Source of the DNA: Methanobacteriota archaeon
GTDB lineage: Archaea; Halobacteriota; Bog-38; Methanoflorentales; Methanoflorentaceae
NCBI GenBank assembly: GCA_963720465.1
Contig: OY970393.1
Span: 480,001 to 544,000, forward strand
DNA: 64,000 nt
Direction of reading: 5' to 3'
Shown: positions 62,084 to 64,000 of the stretch, in pieces
Layout: every line of letters starts with the position of its first letter
Position numbering within the stretch: position 1 is the stretch's first letter
The notes under the pieces: generated by a model
What the model was told of the DNA's origin: nothing
Databases searched by the model: none
The model's input: only the letters and a program-made list of their open reading frames with translations
Made by a program: the position numbers and the translations under genes

Positions 62084-62350
62084 ATGACAGAAGAAGCTTC
62101 ATATTGTGCGCCCGGCGATGCGGGCAAGAATAGCTGCAAGGTTGAAGCGGTCGTGAGCGTTGACGAGCGGGGCCAGATGGTCCTGCCTAAAGAGCTGCGC
62201 GACCGTGCCCACATACGGGCGGGGGACAAGCTGGCGGCCGTCAGCTGCGAGCGAGACGGCGAGGTCTGCTGCATCTCTCTGATCAAGGTTGAGGAGCTCT
62301 CGGCGACGGTCAAGGGCTTTTTAGGCCCGATATTCAAAGACTTGGCGTGA
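62084..62350 (+). CDS. Cys-rich AbrB/MazE/SpoVT-type DNA-binding protein (HgcC-like)
   Basis: VSVDERGQMVLPKELR....IRAGDKL swapped-hairpin motif; five Cys including a CC pair. Confidence 0.82.
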   Translation: MTEEASYCAPGDAGKNSCKVEAVVSVDERGQMVLPKELRDRAHIRAGDKLAAVSCERDGEVCCISLIKVEELSATVKGFLGPIFKDLA

Positions 62351-62367
62351 GCGAGGAGGAATAACTA

Positions 62368-63198
62368 ATGGAAGAAGAAGAGATAAAAAGCGCCGTCAGA
62401 GACGCCTACTCGAAAGTAGCAAAGCGTGAAATTTCTATCCCTCTGAACCCCTTAAAATGCTGCTGCACCAAGGGTGATCTCTCGCACGATATTAGCCGTG
62501 CCGTAGGCTACAACGAAGAAGAGCTTGCATCGGTTCCTGAAGGAGCAAACCTCGGACTTGGGTGCGGCAACCCCGCCGCGCTCGCCTCGTTGAAGGAAGG
62601 CGAAACGGTGCTCGATCTCGGATCAGGAGCCGGATTCGACTGTTTCCTCGCTGCAAACGCGGTCGGCGCTACGGGACAGGTGATCGGCGTCGATATGACG
62701 CCTGAAATGATCGAAAAGGCACGGGCGAATGCGCGTAAAGGCGGCTACAGCAACGTCGACTTCCGACTGGGTGAATTGGAACATCTGCCTGCTGCCGATA
62801 ATTCTGTCGATGTAATCATCTCAAACTGCGTTATTAACCTCACCCCCGACAAGGCCGCCGTCTTCAGGGAAGCGTTTCGGGTATTGAAGTCCGGCGGTCG
62901 GCTTGCGGTCTCTGATATGGTTTTGCTTAAGGAGCTGCCCGACGTCGTTAAGCAGTCAGTTACAGCCTATGTCGGCTGTCTCTCCGGGGCAATCATGAAG
63001 GATACCTACGTTGCGACCATTCGGGCTGCGGGATTTGACGACATTCGCATCGTAGAGGAATCCTCCTTCCCGCTTGACTATATGACAAGCGATCCGTCCG
63101 CGCAAGCGATCCGGGACAGTATCAACCTGACTCCTGATGAATTGCGTGACCTAGCCGGCTCTGTGGTCAGTATTAAAGTGGCGGGAAAGAAACCTTAA
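62368..63198 (+). CDS. arsM: Arsenite S-adenosylmethionine methyltransferase
   Basis: N-terminal [37 protein letters not shown]. Confidence 0.93.
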   Translation: MEEEEIKSAVRDAYSKVAKREISIPLNPLKCCCTKGDLSHDISRAVGYNEEELASVPEGANLGLGCGNPAALASLKEGETVLDLGSGAGFDCFLAANAVGATGQVIGVDMTPEMIEKARANARKGGYSNVDFRLGELEHLPAADNSVDVIISNCVINLTPDKAAVFREAFRVLKSGGRLAVSDMVLLKELPDVVKQSVTAYVGCLSGAIMKDTYVATIRAAGFDDIRIVEESSFPLDYMTSDPSAQAIRDSINLTPDELRDLAGSVVSIKVAGKKP

Positions 63199-63259
63199 GT
63201 GTCTGTTCTCGGTCCGATTTCTATCGATAAGACGTTAATAGATTCATCTCCTTTCTATC

Positions 63260-64000
63260 ATGCCGGAAAAGCCTAAGGCCAGACTCTCTCGCTTGAATGA
63301 GCTGTTGACGCTATGGATATTCCTAGCGATGGTCACAGGGGTTCTTCTCGGCTACCTCATCCCCGGCATCCCTGCCGCGCTCAGCAGCTTGCAGGTCGGC
63401 ACGACCTCCATCCCGATCGCCATCGGACTCATCGTGATGATGTATCCGCCGCTGGCGAAGGTGCGTTACGAGGAACTGGGACTCGTCTTTCGGAATACCA
63501 AGGTCTTAGGCTTAGCGCTGGTGCTGAACTGGGTGGTCGCGCCGCTCTTTATGTTCGCGTTGGCCGTCATCTTTCTGAGGAGCTATCCCGAATACATGAT
63601 CGCGCTCATCCTCATCGGCATCGCGCCGTGCATCGCTATGGTCATCGTCTGGAACAGCCTCGCCGGTGGCGATTCTGAATATGCAGCGGCACTTGTCGCC
63701 CTCAACTCCATCTTTCAGGTACTTTTCTACTCTGCTTACGCCTACTTCCTCATCACAATACTGCCGCAGTGGCTGGGCATCTTCCAAGAGGCGACCGTGG
63801 TCAACGTGTCGATCGGAGCGATCGCAACGACCGTGGCAATCTATCTCGGCATCCCCTTTGTTGCCGGGATGCTGGCGCGGTATGCCGGGCTGAGGCTCAA
63901 AGGGCGCGAATGGTACGAGACACGTTTTGTTCCAAAGATCGGGCCCGTGACGTTGCTTGCCCTGTTGTATACCATCGTCATTATGTTCTCGCTCAAGGGA
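63260..64000 (+). CDS. acr3: Arsenite efflux transporter Acr3, truncated by the window end
   Basis: [24 protein letters not shown]..., [42 protein letters not shown]; frame open to 64000. Confidence 0.93.
   Translation, partial: MPEKPKARLSRLNELLTLWIFLAMVTGVLLGYLIPGIPAALSSLQVGTTSIPIAIGLIVMMYPPLAKVRYEELGLVFRNTKVLGLALVLNWVVAPLFMFALAVIFLRSYPEYMIALILIGIAPCIAMVIVWNSLAGGDSEYAAALVALNSIFQVLFYSAYAYFLITILPQWLGIFQEATVVNVSIGAIATTVAIYLGIPFVAGMLARYAGLRLKGREWYETRFVPKIGPVTLLALLYTIVIMFSLKG

Overview
A 64-kb, gene-dense stretch of archaeal chromosome from a methanogen-like organism (probably Halobacteriota; the exact lineage cannot be fixed from sequence alone). Core content: the dtdA-ftsZ-secE-spt5-rpl11-rpl1-rpl10-rpl12 cluster; purL, fae-hps, tpiA; methanogen-type serS, rps3ae, apgM, purB, asnB-like, gatCA; ino1, trpB2, valS, pyrK, albA, nfo; a ycaO-tfuA-hycI-like-marker 11 unit converging on a ThiS-like gene; a full mtrEDCBAFGH operon; cofH; and an arsenic module (arsC, AbrB/HgcC-like gene, arsM, acr3 cut by the window end). 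There are two tRNA genes. The most striking observation is a tRNA-Ser(CGA) gene with two introns at non-canonical positions (D-loop and variable-arm loop), each with a bulge-helix-bulge-type motif. Other highlights: a tandem duplication that kept two diverged mtrH copies while the co-duplicated neighbours decayed reciprocally, an ars unit with no arsR visible but a Cys-rich AbrB-type gene and an inverted repeat around its TATA box, SecE with a sequon-rich C-terminal tail, three genes that seem to need non-canonical start codons, and several pseudogenes. No CRISPR array, rRNA or intact transposase was seen. All calls come from motif recognition by eye; no database searches were run.
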